From Callorhinchus milii (lineage: Eukaryota), in contig NW_024704742.1 in the NCBI RefSeq assembly GCF_018977255.1, positions 138,324,001 through 138,388,000 on the forward strand: a DNA stretch of 64,000 nucleotides. Direction: 5' to 3'. A model generated the notes under the pieces. That model was not told where the DNA came from, did no database searches, and worked only from the letters and a program-made list of their open reading frames with translations. This document shows, in pieces, positions 38,345-52,300 of the stretch; position 1 is the stretch's first letter, and each line of letters starts with the position of its first letter. The position numbers and the translations under genes were made by a program.

Positions 38345-38768
38345 CTCCCCACCCCCCAACCACACCCCCCCCCAACACCACCCCCCCCAACCACCATCCC
38401 CCCCCAACCACCATCCCCCCAACCACCATCCTCCCCCACCCCCCTCAACCACCATCCTCCCCACACCCCCTCAACCACTATTCCCCCCTCAACCACCATT
38501 CCCCCCTCAACCACCATTCCCCCCCTCAACCACCATTCCCCCCCTCAACCACCATTCCCCCCCCTCAACCACCACCCCCCAACCACCATCCTCCCACCCC
38601 CCTCAACCACCACCCCCCCTCAACCACCACCTCCCGCTTAACCCACCATCTCCCCCCACCCCCTTCAACCACCATTCCCCCCCTCAACCACCATCACCCC
38701 TCAACCATCATCCTCCCTCCCCTCAACCACCATCTCCCGCCCTCCACCACCATCCCCTCCCCTCAACC
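38345..38768. repeat. C-rich tandem repeat (CCCCCTCAACCACCATT)n
   Basis: Direct inspection. Confidence 0.9.
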
Positions 38769-40458
38769 TTGACCTCCATCAGCTCATGTCAGGCTGACAA
38801 TACCCAAATTCCGTTCAGTTACAGGCATTGTCTCACTGCGGGAGGGCGGGGGAGGAGGAGAGGACGTTTGGTTGTTGGAGTGGGAGCTGGTTTGTTATCG
38901 ATGTGTTCCTCGTCCCTCACTCTCCCCCTCATTCCACTGGTGGCTGAGCTTTGAGTCCCTGCTCTTGAGGCCCTTTGCTTTGCGCCCACTCTTCCTGCTT
39001 TGGGATGTGTGTATGTGTGAACTTGTGCTGTGAGGGTTTCAGTTAGTGGCAGAGCGAGTGTTTGAGGCTAATGAGCTGCCCTTGTCCTGGGCCCAGGGTC
39101 ACCATTCCACAGCCCTAGAGCCCTACAGCCTCAGCATCTCCATTATTGTTCCATCTATTTATTCCAACTTAATTCATCTTAAAACATCATTTAATCAGCA
39201 GCACGACACTGTGTACAGGGCCCACAGAGCTGGAGATTAGAGACCTTTCCCCAATCATCAGTAATCCACCACCTAAATTGGTCATTCACCTCAGGGGGAC
39301 ACCAACGGATGCAGTTTTTGCCCAAAAGACACTGTCAGGGAATCAGCTGTGAAGCTGAGGTGTTTTGATAAGATGATACAAAGAGAAAACTAATAATAAT
39401 CCTTGCATTTGATATCGCGCCTTTGAGACGTCTCAAAGCGCTTCACAGAATATACTGTAAAGCACTTAGAGACTGTATATTTTGTGGGCAAAATCAGGAC
39501 TGTCGTGTCAGGCTCTGTGCAACCCTCAACTGAGTGAGATTACTGTCGACCTCATCCACCACAGGCAGTTCTACCCATTGTTTATGGCAGTTCTTAATGT
39601 GATTCCATAAGAAATTTGTTCTCCATGTTGTAAATCGCCACTGACTCCCTATCGCCAAATGAATTGATTTTAAGATCCTCATTTTCAAATCCTTCACACC
39701 CTGACACCCCCCACCTCTCCAACCTGCTTACTCCCCAACCCACCACCATTGGGTTGCCTCCAGGTCGTGCCTGAAGGCCTTCCTCTTTGACCGTTCCTAT
39801 TGATCACCTCCCCCGCCCCCCGTGCTCTGCCACTAACACGGACGCTGCCCGGTATGATGGCCGCTATGTAAATGTAATGCGTTCTGGTCTCCTGGTAAAC
39901 CCTGAGCCCAGTGGGCAAATGGGTCCATTGAGCTGCTGGTGTTACTGGGATTTCAGTGGCCACCAATGAGCAGTCAATGGCACAAACCCTGAGCACTGGG
40001 AGCAGCACCGACACCCCAGGACAAGTTCCAGGTGTCATTATTCATGGTCAAGAGGTTGATATCAGTGTTAATTAGCACATCACAAAGTCTCTCTGGTTGG
40101 ATGTATCACGTTTACACTGAGAGAGTCTGAGTTAGCTTCAGCCTCAGAAAACTTAACACACTTTGATGTATTTCCATTCTAAGAATTTGACCATTTCCCC
40201 AAAGGCAATGCCCCATTGATATTATACTGTACTGAGAGAAAGTGTATGTAATCATCTGCTTTATGTGTAACTATATATAGTCATTGTTACAAAACAATGT
40301 AAAGGGAATATCTGATGATGAGCCTCTGATTGAACACAACCGGACAAACTCTGGGATCAAACCATCTGTAAAACACAACACTGTCCTTTGTGATCACAAG
40401 AGCAGTTCAGATGAAGAAATACTATATTGAAAATTATGCACAAAAGGAGAATATTCAG

Positions 40459-41230
40459 CCCATGGTGTCTGTGCTGGTGCTCACTCCCCCACTGGAGCTC
40501 TCTACTCTAACCCCATTCCCTGCTCTCTCCCCATCGTGTCTGTGCTGGTGCTCACTCCCCCACTGGAGCTCTGTACTCTAACCCCATTCCCTGCTCTCTC
40601 TCTCTCCCCATCGTGTCTGTGCTGGTGCTCACTCCCCCACTGGAGCTCTCTACTCTAACCCCATTCCCTGCTCTCTCTCCCCATGGTGTCTGTGCTGGTG
40701 CTCGCTCCCCCACTGGAGCTCTCTACTCTAACCCCATTCCCTGCTCTCCCCCATCGTGTCTGTGCTGGTGCTCACTCCCCCACTGGAGCTCTCTACTCTA
40801 ACCCCATTCCCTGCTCTCTCTCTCCCCATGGTGTCTGTGCTGGTGCTCACTCCCCCACTGGAGCTCTCTACTCTAACCCCATTCCCTGCTCTTCCCCATC
40901 GTGTCTGTGTGGTGCTCGCTCCCCCACTGGAGCTCTGTACTCTAACCCCATTCCCTGCTCTCTCTCTCTTCCCCATCGCTTCTGTGCTGGTGCTCACTCC
41001 CCACTGGAGCTCTCTACTCTAACCCCATTCCCTGCTCTCTCTCTCCCCATGGTGTCTGTGCTGGTGCTCACTCCCCACTGGAGCTCTCCACTCCAATCCC
41101 ATTCCCTGCTCTCCCCCCATCGTGTCTGTGCTGGTGCTCACTCCCCCACTGGAGCTCTCTACTCTAACCCCATTCTACTGAATGTCTGTGATTGTCCTGT
41201 TCCGTCACTGGAGCTCTGTATTCTAACCAA
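40459..41230 (+). repeat. ~65-75 bp minisatellite, ~10 copies, in the putative 3' UTR
   Basis: Unit ccccatggtgtctgtgctggtgctcactcccccactggagctctctactctaaccccattccctgctctc. Confidence 0.95.
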
Positions 41231-41824
41231 AAGGTGGTTGGAAGAGATGGGATAAATATTTGAGAGGAAAATAATTCCATTTATTCTTGTCCAATTCCAA
41301 TTTTGATATTGGTTTCAGATTACCCACCGAACATCTTCCCAGTGTCGTGGCTCCTCTCCCTGCCTCGTAACCTGTCCCAAAGATAACTGAAATGAGTAAC
41401 CGTCTACATCTGCTCTCTGCTCCTTCCGCCTCTTTGCGCCCATCCTTTGGGATTCCATCCCAGTCCCTTCCCCTCGCCCCGTTGCCTCGTTTCAAGGCAC
41501 GTCTCAGAATCCTCTTCAGTTCCGCCTTTGACCACCCCCCAACCTCTGCCCTCCACCCTCCCTGATCCCAACCCCCAGCTCACATACAAATCCCTGGGAT
41601 GACCTCCCGATGGGAAAGGCGCTGTTCAATTGTCATTTTGTATTGTATCCAAACCTCTTGTCAACAGATTGGTTTCTGCCTTTTAGCTGAACACGGTATG
41701 AAATCAAATGTCCAACACTACACAGGTATTATACCACTACATAGGCTTCGCAGCAAAGAAATGTTTACTGCTGCATTTTGTTTTTGTAGATCTATAAATG
41801 TTGAATTAATGTCATTTTATTTTT

Positions 41825-41830
41825 AATAAA
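41825..41830 (+). terminator. Candidate polyadenylation signal of the receptor gene
   Basis: AATAAA after a U-rich stretch, followed by a GT-rich element (tttctgttgtgttgtagttt). Confidence 0.5.
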
Positions 41831-44800
41831 ACAAGTTACTCGAAGATTGGTTTCTGTTGTGTTGTAGTTTACTTTGCAATGTTGGGATAATATATTTAAA
41901 TCAAAAAATAATTTGGTCATTCAATCCATGACTGTCTGTTCGCTGCCGAGTTTCGCCCACAAAATAGTCAATTCACTTTACAGTATACAACAACAACAAC
42001 ATTCCACGTGTAAAGCCTTTCACGTCGGGAGGACATCCCAGAGCCGAGTTACAGACCCGAGCTGCTGAGGGCGGGGGGGGGGGGGGGAAGCACGGAGATC
42101 GAAAGCGCGGTCAAAGAGGTGAGTCTTGAGATGAATCTTGAAGGTGGCGAGGGAGGGGGGTGAGGGAGGGGGTGAGGGAGGGGGGTGAGGGAGGGGGTGA
42201 GGGAGGTGGGTGAGAGAGGGGGCGAGGGAGGGAGGCGAGGGAGGGGGACGAGGGAGGGGGTGAGGGAGGGGGGCGAGATGGAAGGACTGGTATGGAGGTC
42301 CAGAGGGTGGGGGCAGAGTGGTGGAAGGCTCACCCTTTGCAGGCAATTGAGGCAGTCAATTTGCACAGTATTAGTAATAATAATCCTTGCATATATTCTG
42401 TCTATCGTTGTGTATATTCTGTGAAGCTTTGAGATATCTCAAAGACATGATAAGGCGCAATAACAAATGCAAGAATTATTATTTATTTTCATTAAGTCTC
42501 AGTTGTACTGTTGTAGTTTCAGGATGTGGGTTTGAGCCACTGAGTCAGTACTGATGGCTGTAGTGATGCTCTGGTGCAGTGCTGAAGGGAAGCACTACAA
42601 TATGAGCGGTGCTGAATATCCATCTTCCTGTTCAGGTGGATATTAATGATCCAATATTACTAATGCAGAAGGAGTTTTTCTCCCGGTGTTTTGGCCAAAA
42701 TTCCCCACAAACAATTGCTCATTCACTTTAATGGCTGTTTGTGGGACAATACAATATTTCACCTACAAAATATAGTCAATTCACTTTACAGTATATTCTG
42801 TGAAGCGCTTTGAGACGTCTCAGACCTGAGAGCTATATCCAATACAAGGATTATTATTATTACTGTGTGCAAATTGCCTGACTCATTTGCCTACAGTCAC
42901 TTCACTTGACAATAATAATAACACCATTCAGTTTCTCCTGTTGTGGGATGAGAGAAAGGCGAATACCCACATCATCACTTTCTTATTGTAAAATGATTGT
43001 GGAGTCCTGTAGTTTTGTAGTTACAGCATTCACCTCACAAGCGCGAGGACCCGGGTGTGATTCCTGGCAGAGCGAAACATTGGGCAAGTTTCCTAACTCC
43101 ACACGTCTGTTTACCTAACAATAAGCAGGAACCCGGGTGTTAGTCAATCAGGGGATTGCTTTTCTGGGAGGAAATAATGCCTTCAAAAATATATAATCTG
43201 GTCACTCAATCCACGACTGTTTGTGGGGACACTGCTGTGCACAATTGGCTGTCGCATTTCACCCACAAAATTTAGTCAATTCACTTTACAGTATATTCTG
43301 TGAAGCGCTTTGATACGTCTCAAGGATTTGATAAGGAGATATATCAAATTCAAGGATTAATAACCTGTTACAGGCCCCGCCCACATACAGCCCCACTGTA
43401 GTTAATCTGTAATTAACACATAAAATAAACCCTCTGACATGTTTTGATGGGGGATAATAATAATTGCTTCACAGAATATACTGTAAATTGACTCTATAAC
43501 TTTGTGGACGAAACACAGGAGCCAATTGCACGCAGCAGTGTCCCACAAACAGTCGTGGAAATACGTACAAACAGATAAGGCAGTATATAACACACACGGA
43601 TTATTATAATAACCAGACTGACAGTAAATAAGGACTGGACGCCAGGAAAGTGCGTTTCAGTACTTTTATTAACGCACCCCTTTGATCAGAGTGAATGTTC
43701 AGAAGAGAGATGCCCAGAAACACAAACTGTACACACTATACAGAGGAACCACAATTGGGCAAAAAAAACCCTGACACTGCCTTCGCTTTGCATTTTATTT
43801 AAATTATACACAGCTTCATGAAATATTCTCTTATGGAAAATATAAATAATTTCTTCTTTCTTCTGTTGAATTCTCTATGTTACAGGTATACAATATAAAT
43901 CCCGTGTGGTGTTCAGTGACCTATAAACACTGGACATCCGAGTAACGTAGCAGCTTATCAGAAACAAACAGACAGATCCACAAATGCTGGGTCGATGGGT
44001 GTGAATGTGTTGGTCATTGCTGTCAGATTTCCCCCCCGTTTCTCTCTGTCCCCCACGTAACACAGCACAACGCTGGGTCAAACCTCTCACCTGTGAGCAA
44101 ACCTTGGCCTATGTCTCCCTTCATTTTCCAATCTAATTAGCCCTCGACTTTAAATTCCTTCATGCCCAGGTACTTCCCTACCTCTCCCACCTGCTTACTC
44201 TACTCCACTACACATCACCTCCGCTGAACTGGCTCCAACCTCCTGCTTGTCCCTCGTGCCCTCCATTCCACCATCGGTGACCCTGCGTTCAGCTACTACA
44301 CCCAAAACTCTGGAACACTCTCCCTCTATCCTCCGCCTTGTCCCCTCCTTCCCCATCTTCAGGTCCCCCTTGAAGACCTTCCTCTTTGACCGTGTTAAGT
44401 CACGATGACCCTGAAGGACTCTGTCTACTCTTATCAAAACCCCTCATTAAATTTGAACACCTCTATTAAATGTCCCTTCAACTTTCTTTGCTGTAAGGAG
44501 AACGATCCCAGCCTGTCTAGTCTTATCTGGCTAACTCTCAGAAGTCAGCCATTTTTTAACATGTGGAATGGTGGACAGTCTGTGCACCAAAGCTCTCCGC
44601 CTTATAAGCAAACCCAGTTTGTACCAGGCACCCTTTAAGGGGATTGTACTTTATCCCAATATGACGTTAATCTATTGAAGTCCATAATTGCTTGCAAAGA
44701 GACAGTAACATGAAGGAAAAGTATTAAAATATTAAATGCTGCAGCTGTTTATTGCTTGGGCGACACAATGCTATGTGCCGTGTAGCATAATAGATGGTTG

Positions 44801-47180
44801 GAAATGAAATTAATTCAATTCAGTAGCAGAGTGAGATCAGAAACCACAAGAGTGAAGCTTTAGCTTGAGTGCTTTATAATAATGGACCTTATGGACTGAA
44901 CTGTCCCCATCCTCACTAGGCTCCACAGGCTCCCTCAACAACAACTAACGTCTACAAATTGCATTTACACAGCGCTTTCAATGTCAGGTCTCAAGCGGAT
45001 CCACTTCAAGATCTTTGTCTTGGCCGTCAAAATCCCTTAATGGTCTCTACCCATAACGTGACTGCTCTAATTCTGGTCCACGGCTTTGTTCCTCATCCCC
45101 TCAGTCCCACCATGAATGTCCATCCTAGTTTTCAGCCACAATTCCCTTGTTCTCGGTTACTTGCTACCCCAAATTCCCTTTTCTTTTTGTCGTTTTTCAC
45201 TGCCTTCAAAGCCCCCTTTAAAAGTGTAACTTTTGATTGTACATTTGGCCAACACACATATCTCTCTGTCCAATGATCCCCACCATTCGTTTACAAAATA
45301 CACAGTAACTACACTTTACAGTGAATCCCATGAGGCGCTTTGAGTCACCTTCCTGTTGTGCCAAAAAAAATCCTTAATTCTTACATTTGGTGGGTATATT
45401 GGACATGAAAAGTACTAAATCAAATGCAATATATTTACATTTAAAGCCTACATGTGTGCTCTGACCCGCTCAGTTTCCCCCACCTACATAAGAACATAAG
45501 AATTTGCTGGCGAAAGAAACAAAGGTCCATCTAGTTTGCCTTCCACCATTCTGGCAGTCGCTTGACATGTCATGTCCCAAACTATGCACTGCATCCCGAG
45601 ATACTATTTTCTCAGACCGTGGTGTCTGGTTCTACTGTTCAGTACAAAATAAAACAGCTTATCATGATCAACATTATCTATTAATCTTAAAGAGTGTAAC
45701 CATATTGCATCTCAACCTTCTCTTCTCCAGTGTGAACATGCCCAGTTTATCTGATCGCTAACATAACATGGCCCGCCTACCCTATTATCCCGCTGAGACT
45801 TTGATCCACATATTCAGCCATCCAGGCTTGACTGCGCTAACTATCTGCTCACTGACTGATCAGCTCTTCCCTTCACAAGCTGCAAACCACCCAGAACTTC
45901 GCACTGGGCTCCTCCAAGCCTATCACCCCCATCCTCGTCAGCTTCACTAGCTCCCCATTCCACAGCGGATCAAGTTCCTTGTTTTAAATCCCTCTGTGGT
46001 CTTGTTCCACCCTACATCTGCAGCCTCCTCAAACCCTACATATCCAGCTATTCCTTCCACATAGGGGTGCTGGCTTGCTTAATGACCTCCTTCCCTGCCA
46101 GCCCCCCTGGGGTCGAGCTTTCAGTGCATCTTCAGTTGAGGGATCTGTCCTGTGAGATGGCTCCCTGGTTTTTGTGAGTGGCGAGTGGTATCTGACACAT
46201 GCGAAACCTATCACCATACTTAAGAATATCCAAACCAAGAATAAGATTTCCATGTATTCCACCTATAAGTGGAAATCCTAGAGATAGATTGTTGGAAAGG
46301 AATGCGCTCTCTCTCCCGGGAGGGACGTGTCCTGTTAGACTATAGGCGAAGGTTGGCAAAAGCCAAGGCTTGGGGTGACCCCAGAGTGTGTGCTAGGATA
46401 ACTGCTGGAGTTTAACCAGTTAAAGCAGCATAACTTGCCAGGAAGTAGTCACCCGGTTGTTAGTCAATTGGCGGATCGCTTTCTGGGGGTAATAATCCCT
46501 TAAAAAATAATAATAATTTGGTCACTCAATCCACGATGTTTGTGGGTCACTGCGGTGGGCAGTTGGCTGCCACGATTCGCCCATAAAATATACATTCCCT
46601 ACACTTTACACTATATTCTGTGAAGCGCCTTGGGACGTCATCCTGACATAAACAGCGCTATAAAAATGTAATTTTGTATTGTATTATAATTATACGGCAG
46701 CAAAGATCACTTCAGCAAAGGTCTTATAGAAATCTAATTCCTCAACATCAACTGCATTTTCATTGTCTACTTTCAAAGAATTCAGCAAGGTCGGTGAAGC
46801 ATAACTTTCCTTTCATAAATCCAGGTTGACTGCTTTGAATTATACTCTCCTTGATCTGACAAGTTAATCTTTTACTTGGATTCCAGTACCTTGATGAACA
46901 AGGGATTAGAAGACTGGTTCTAAGCAAAATTCTCCTGCAATCCCGACGTTCGTAGTTACTCTTCTGAAGCTATGAAATCCTTGACTGTCCAGCACCTTGG
47001 GACATCCTCCCATCGCGAGTGGCGCTATACAAATATAATTTGTTGTTATTGAAATTCTTTAATAATAATAATAATCCTTACATTTGATAGAGTGCCAGTT
47101 CCCTTCAAAAATAAATTTACAGCTCCACCTCAATCATGGTTTGTGACAGAGAATTGCACATTCCCCCCACACACTGTAAC

Positions 47181-47401
47181 CTCGTCTATCATTCTTTTCG
47201 ACATTATCTTAAGCGTGTACCCAGTGAAGATTGCATAGAGATTATGGAGAAATGGCAGTTCCCTTACACTTAGTGGCAGAGAAGGTTTCAAGGTTTTTTC
47301 TCCGTCCTTCCACCTTAGTTCTTTTAGTTTTTGATAGACAGCAGGGGTGAAGGTATCAAGTGGAATATAAAAATTGGTATGGATTAATTGGGTCAAATTG
47401 C
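47181..47401 (-). other. Candidate coding exon of an unidentified convergent gene
   Basis: Unique 221-nt open frame after aaacag (NLTQLIHTNFYIPLDTFTPAVYQKLKELRW...ELPFLHNLYAIFTGYTLKIMSKRMIDE); donor GTTACA is weak. Confidence 0.4.
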
Positions 47402-48116
47402 CTGTTTTCAATGTCGTTTTATAGAATTCTGGGCACGTGTGGAATCCTGTAGAATAGTGGTTAGATCACTCGCTTCGCAAGTGAGAGGACCCAAGTTCGA
47501 TTCCTGGGCAGGTTTAAACCTTAGGTAAGTTTGCTTACTCCACACGCCTCTGTTTCTCAAGCAGTATGTAGGAAATCGGTTGTTAGTCGATTGGCGGATC
47601 ACTTTTCCGGGATAATAATCCCTTCAAAAAAAAATTTAGTCACTCAATCCACGACTCTTTGTGTAACACTGTTGTGTTCACTTGGCTGCCACATTTCGCT
47701 CCCTCCCTTCCCTCCCCTCACCCTGACCATTTCCCCCTGACCCAACTGTCCAGCACCTTGGGACGTCCTCCCGACGTGAAATGCGCTCTATAAATGGAAT
47801 CTTGTTGTTGTTGTTGTTTAGAGGGTTGTAATTTTATCAGGTCTGGGGTGATATTGGAAATTCGTGGCTTGAAAGTTGAGCAGTTTTTCTGGTTTGTTCA
47901 GCTACTTGTGAAATTGGACCTTTGCCATCCTTCCCACCTTATAATAATAAAATTCATGGATGATAGGTTTTGTGGTTGTTCGCTCACCTCTGATGCTATC
48001 TCATCTCATGCCCTTCGATACATTATGAGGCTATCACGAACAGATATGTGATGTCAATCTCTGTGATATTAGCAGCAAACCAATTAGCAACCAAGCGATT
48101 AGACATTGTGGCTATC

Positions 48117-49332
48117 TCTGCCTCTGCCCACAGCACAGAGACAGCGCTTATCAAAGTCACAAACAATGTCCTATCTGTGACCAGGGCTCCCTCTGCCTTC
48201 TCGTCCTCCTGGATCTCTTTGCCACGTTCGACACAATCGACCTCAGCATCCTCCTCCACCAACTCTTCTCCCTCATCCACCTTAGTTAGATCGCACTCGC
48301 ATGGTTCGAATCCTACTTAATCAACGCCTCCACTTCATCTCGGCAAATGTTTTTTCCTCCCGCTCCTGACCCGTCACCAGAGGGGTGCCCTAGGGCTCTC
48401 CACCCTTGGTCCTCTTCCAAAATCAACTTTGCCTCCTCCGCATCGACTCCCAAGTCCACCGATGTTCTATTAACTTGTCTGACAGACACCAGGGCCTGGA
48501 TGAGTGTAAATTTCCTGCAGTTGAATGTGGACAAGATGGAAGTCATATTCCTTGGCTCCTGTCAACATTTTCACTCCTGCGGATCTGAATTCCTCAACCG
48601 CCCTGGGCTCTCCCTCAGACTCACCAAACCAGTGCGCAATCTAGGCATCGGTTCAACCCCCAGCTGTCCTTCCTTCCCCACATTGTTCCCCGACCAGGAC
48701 GGCATTCCTCCCTATCCGCCACATTGCTCATCTCTGTCCGTACCTTAACCCAAATGCAGCTGAAACCCTCATGCATGCGTTTGTCACCTCCCACCTGGAT
48801 TACTCCCAACTCATTCCTCGCCGGTCTCCCCAGCTCCACCATTCACAAGATCAGTTCATTCAGACTCTGCCGCTCGTTTACTGACCTGGACCAAACTCCG
48901 TACCCACATCTCACCAGTTGTAGCCCTTGCTCCACTGGCTCCCAAACACCGGACGGATTGACTTCCAAGATCCTCACACTCGTGTTCAAATCCCTTCACT
49001 CTCTGGCACCTCCCTATCTCTCCGATATCCTCACTCCCCAATCCAGCATCTGGCGCCTCCACTCGACTGGCACCGGCTCCTGCTTATCCCTCGCACCTTC
49101 CGACCCACCATTAGAGGTTGCGCTTTCAGCCACTATGCCCTGAAACTCTGGAACACTCTCCCTCAATTCCTCCGCCTTGCCCTTCTCTTCCCGTTTCCAA
49201 GTCCCGCCTAAAAACCTTTCTTTTCAACTGTGTTTACGGTCACCTCCCCAGCTCGGAGTCAGGCTCTGCTACTGTTAAGCGCTCCGAGACTCTACCCTTT
49301 ATGGAGGGCATTATATAAATGCAAGTTGTTGT
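48117..49332 (+). mobile_element. Degenerate L2-clade LINE (its 3' part is duplicated at 1-555)
   Basis: HSTETALIKVTNNVL, WMSVNFLQLNVDKMEVI, LHWLP, (TTG)n tail. Confidence 0.9.
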
Positions 49333-52300
49333 TAACTGCCTTAAATGGGGTGCAGTGCAGCTTCGCAATAACACATTTCACTGTGGTGTGGATTTACTTA
49401 TAACATGGTTACACTGTGGAACCCACTCCTTGTGTAAGAGCACAGCTTGCTGCCCACATGTCAGCTGTTTTTTTTGAGCTTGAAGGACTGAAGTTACCAG
49501 CTTACACAGCAAGGTCCCAGATACTGCAGGAAATGGATGATCAAATTATCATGTGATTAAGGCCAGGACATTGACCGGGAGAAATGTGCTCTTTTACAGG
49601 ACCAGGAAGAGGCCATTCAGCCTCTCAAGCCTGTTCCACCATTCTATAAGATCACGGCTGATCTGTACCTCAACTCCAATTGCCCGCCTTTGCTTGTCGG
49701 CCTCCCCAACTCCTCCCTCCATAGGCTGCAGATCATCCAGAACTTTGCAGCCCATGTCCTCTCCCGCACCAGGCTCGGTGACCCCATCTCCTCCATCCTC
49801 GCCCGACTCCACTGGCTTCCCATCACACAGAGGATACAGTTCAAGAACCTTCAAAGCCCTCCATGGTCTTGCTCCCCACGACCTCTCTGACCTCCTAACC
49901 CCCAACCATCCTGTTCGCTCCCTCCGCTCAGGGGGCTCCAGCCTGCTTCACGTTCCCCTCCTCGCTCACCCCACTATCGGCGGGTTGGCCTTCCGTCACT
50001 CTGCCCCCACCCTCTGGAACTCCATCCCGCAGTTCATCCGTGTTACCCCCTCCCTCGCCACCTTCAAGACCCACTCAAGACCCTCCTCTTCGACTGTTCT
50101 TTCGATCTCCCTGTTTCCACCCCTGCTTTCCATCCTCCCTGACCCCGACCCCCAGCTCGGGTCTGTAACTCTTGTCTGTCCAGCACCTTGGGATGTCCTC
50201 CTGACGTGAAAGGCACTACAAATGTAATTTTGTTGTGGTTGTTGTCGTTTGCCCCATAATCCCTTGATCCTCTGACCTAACAAACATCGGAGTCCTGTAG
50301 CTCAGTGGTTAGAGCACTCGCTTTGCAAGTGAGAGACCTGAGTTCAATTCCAGGCAGAGGGCGAAACCTTGGGCAAGTTTCCTTACTCCACACAGAGCCT
50401 AATAATAATCCCTCCAAAACCCAAAACAATAATAAATTGGTCATTTTCAATCTACGACTGTTTGTGGGACATTGCTGTGCGCAATTGGCTGCCGCGTTCG
50501 CCCACAAATATACAGTCAATTCACTTTACAGTATATTCTGTGAAGCGCTTTGGAACGTCCTCTTCTACATTGGATTATTATTATTATTATTATTATTATC
50601 CACCTTAGTCTGGACAATGTGAATGGATACAGTCATAATCCACAGTCTTGTGGCGGAGAGAGAGAGAGAGAGACTTCCAGATTTCCACTACCTTTGGGTG
50701 AAAAATTGGCTCTGATTTCAGTCCAAAATGGCCTGGCTCTAATTTTAAGATGATGCCCCCACCCTGTTCTGGATTTCCTTGCCAGAGGAAATAGTTTCTC
50801 TGTAGCCGCCCTATCGAATCCCTTTAGCATTTAAAAAAAACTCAATTAGATCACAATTTCCAATAATATCATGGAATCTACAGTGATCACCTGCATAGGC
50901 ACTGGCAGCACCTTGGTTTAAACTCTGGAACACTCTTCCTCTATCCCTCCGCCTTGCCCCGTCCTTCCCCATCTTCAGATTGCGCCTGAAGACCTTGCTA
51001 TTTGACCGTGCCTGCGGTCACCTCTCCTGGCTTGGCATCGTGTTCCGCCACTGTCAAGCGCTCTGGGATGCTACCCTGCGTGAGGGGCACTGTGTAAATG
51101 CAAGTTGTTGTTGTAATGCCTCATCTGAAGGACAGTTCATTCAGCAACGTTGTGCCATCACTGTACTGTGTGATGGAGTGTTAGCCTAACCTGGGAGCTT
51201 TAGTCTTGGAAGTATGGCTTGAATTCACAACCTTTTGAGCCGATGCATGCAACAGCTTGGTTGTAGTGAACCAGAGTGGAATAAATGTTTTAAATGGTGC
51301 TCTGTTTTATTGGGTTCATGAAGTAAACAGATGGATCACATTGTCGACATCTCTCTGTAATATCCTGAACCACCTTCGCTCAATGAGTAAATAAATTATA
51401 GATTTGATTGTGGTAACATGTTTATTGTTTTATAATATGCTGGAGGGCTGAGTGAGAAACTCAAATCTATAATAATGTGTCTGGTCAAAAACAACTTGCT
51501 CTTATGTAATGTCTTTCACTCAGAGTTAATGCCTTGATGCTTCACAGAGACACAGGAACAGGAGGAGGCCATTCAGCCCCTCAGACCTATTCAACCCTTC
51601 TATGAGACCATGGCTGATCTGTATCTCAACTCCATTTATCTGATTTTGCTCCATATCTCTTGATACCCTGACCTAACAAATATGTATTCACCTCAGTCTT
51701 AAATCAGCCTTTTTGGGGGAGAGAGAGAGTTCCAGATTCCCACTACCTTTGGGTGAAAAACTGCCTCCTGATTTCACTCCTAAATGGCCCGGCTGTAATT
51801 TTAAGATGATGCCCCTTATTCTGGATTCACCATCGGAGGCAATAGTTTCTCTGTATCTACCCTATTGATTCCCTTTATCACGGTAAACATCTCAATCAGA
51901 TCACTTCTAAACTCAGGGAATACAGACCAAGTTAATGCAACATTGTCCTCATAATTTAACCTTTTAAACCCTGGTATCATTCTATAAGTCCTGTAGCTCA
52001 GTGGTTAGAGCACTCGCCTCGCAAACGAGAGGACCTGGGTTTGATTCCCGGGCAGCGCAATATGTTGGGCAAGTTTCCTTACTCCAACGCCTCTGTTTAT
52101 TGAACAGCAAGTAGGAACCTGGTTGTTAATCAATTGTCAGATTGCTTTTCCGGGGTAATAATGCCTTAAAAAAAATTAGCTGCTGCGTTTCGCCCACAAA
52201 ATACACAGCAACTACACTTTACAGTGTATTCTGTGAAGCGCTTCAAGACATCTCAAAGACGTGAAAAGGCTCTGTATCAAATGCAAGGATTATTATTAAA

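Noticed and set aside
40390..41255. Repetitive ORFs up to 190 aa
   Set aside because: Minisatellite translations without splice or domain support
46029..46262. Minus-strand ORF with a TM-like stretch after a ttatag acceptor, as an exon of the convergent gene
   Set aside because: The sequence aligns with the unclassified repeat copy at ~34756-34860 and runs into an L2 fragment
47988..48060. AG..GTGAGC-bounded exon-like segment on the minus strand
   Set aside because: Stops in all three frames; at best a decayed exon, not supportable
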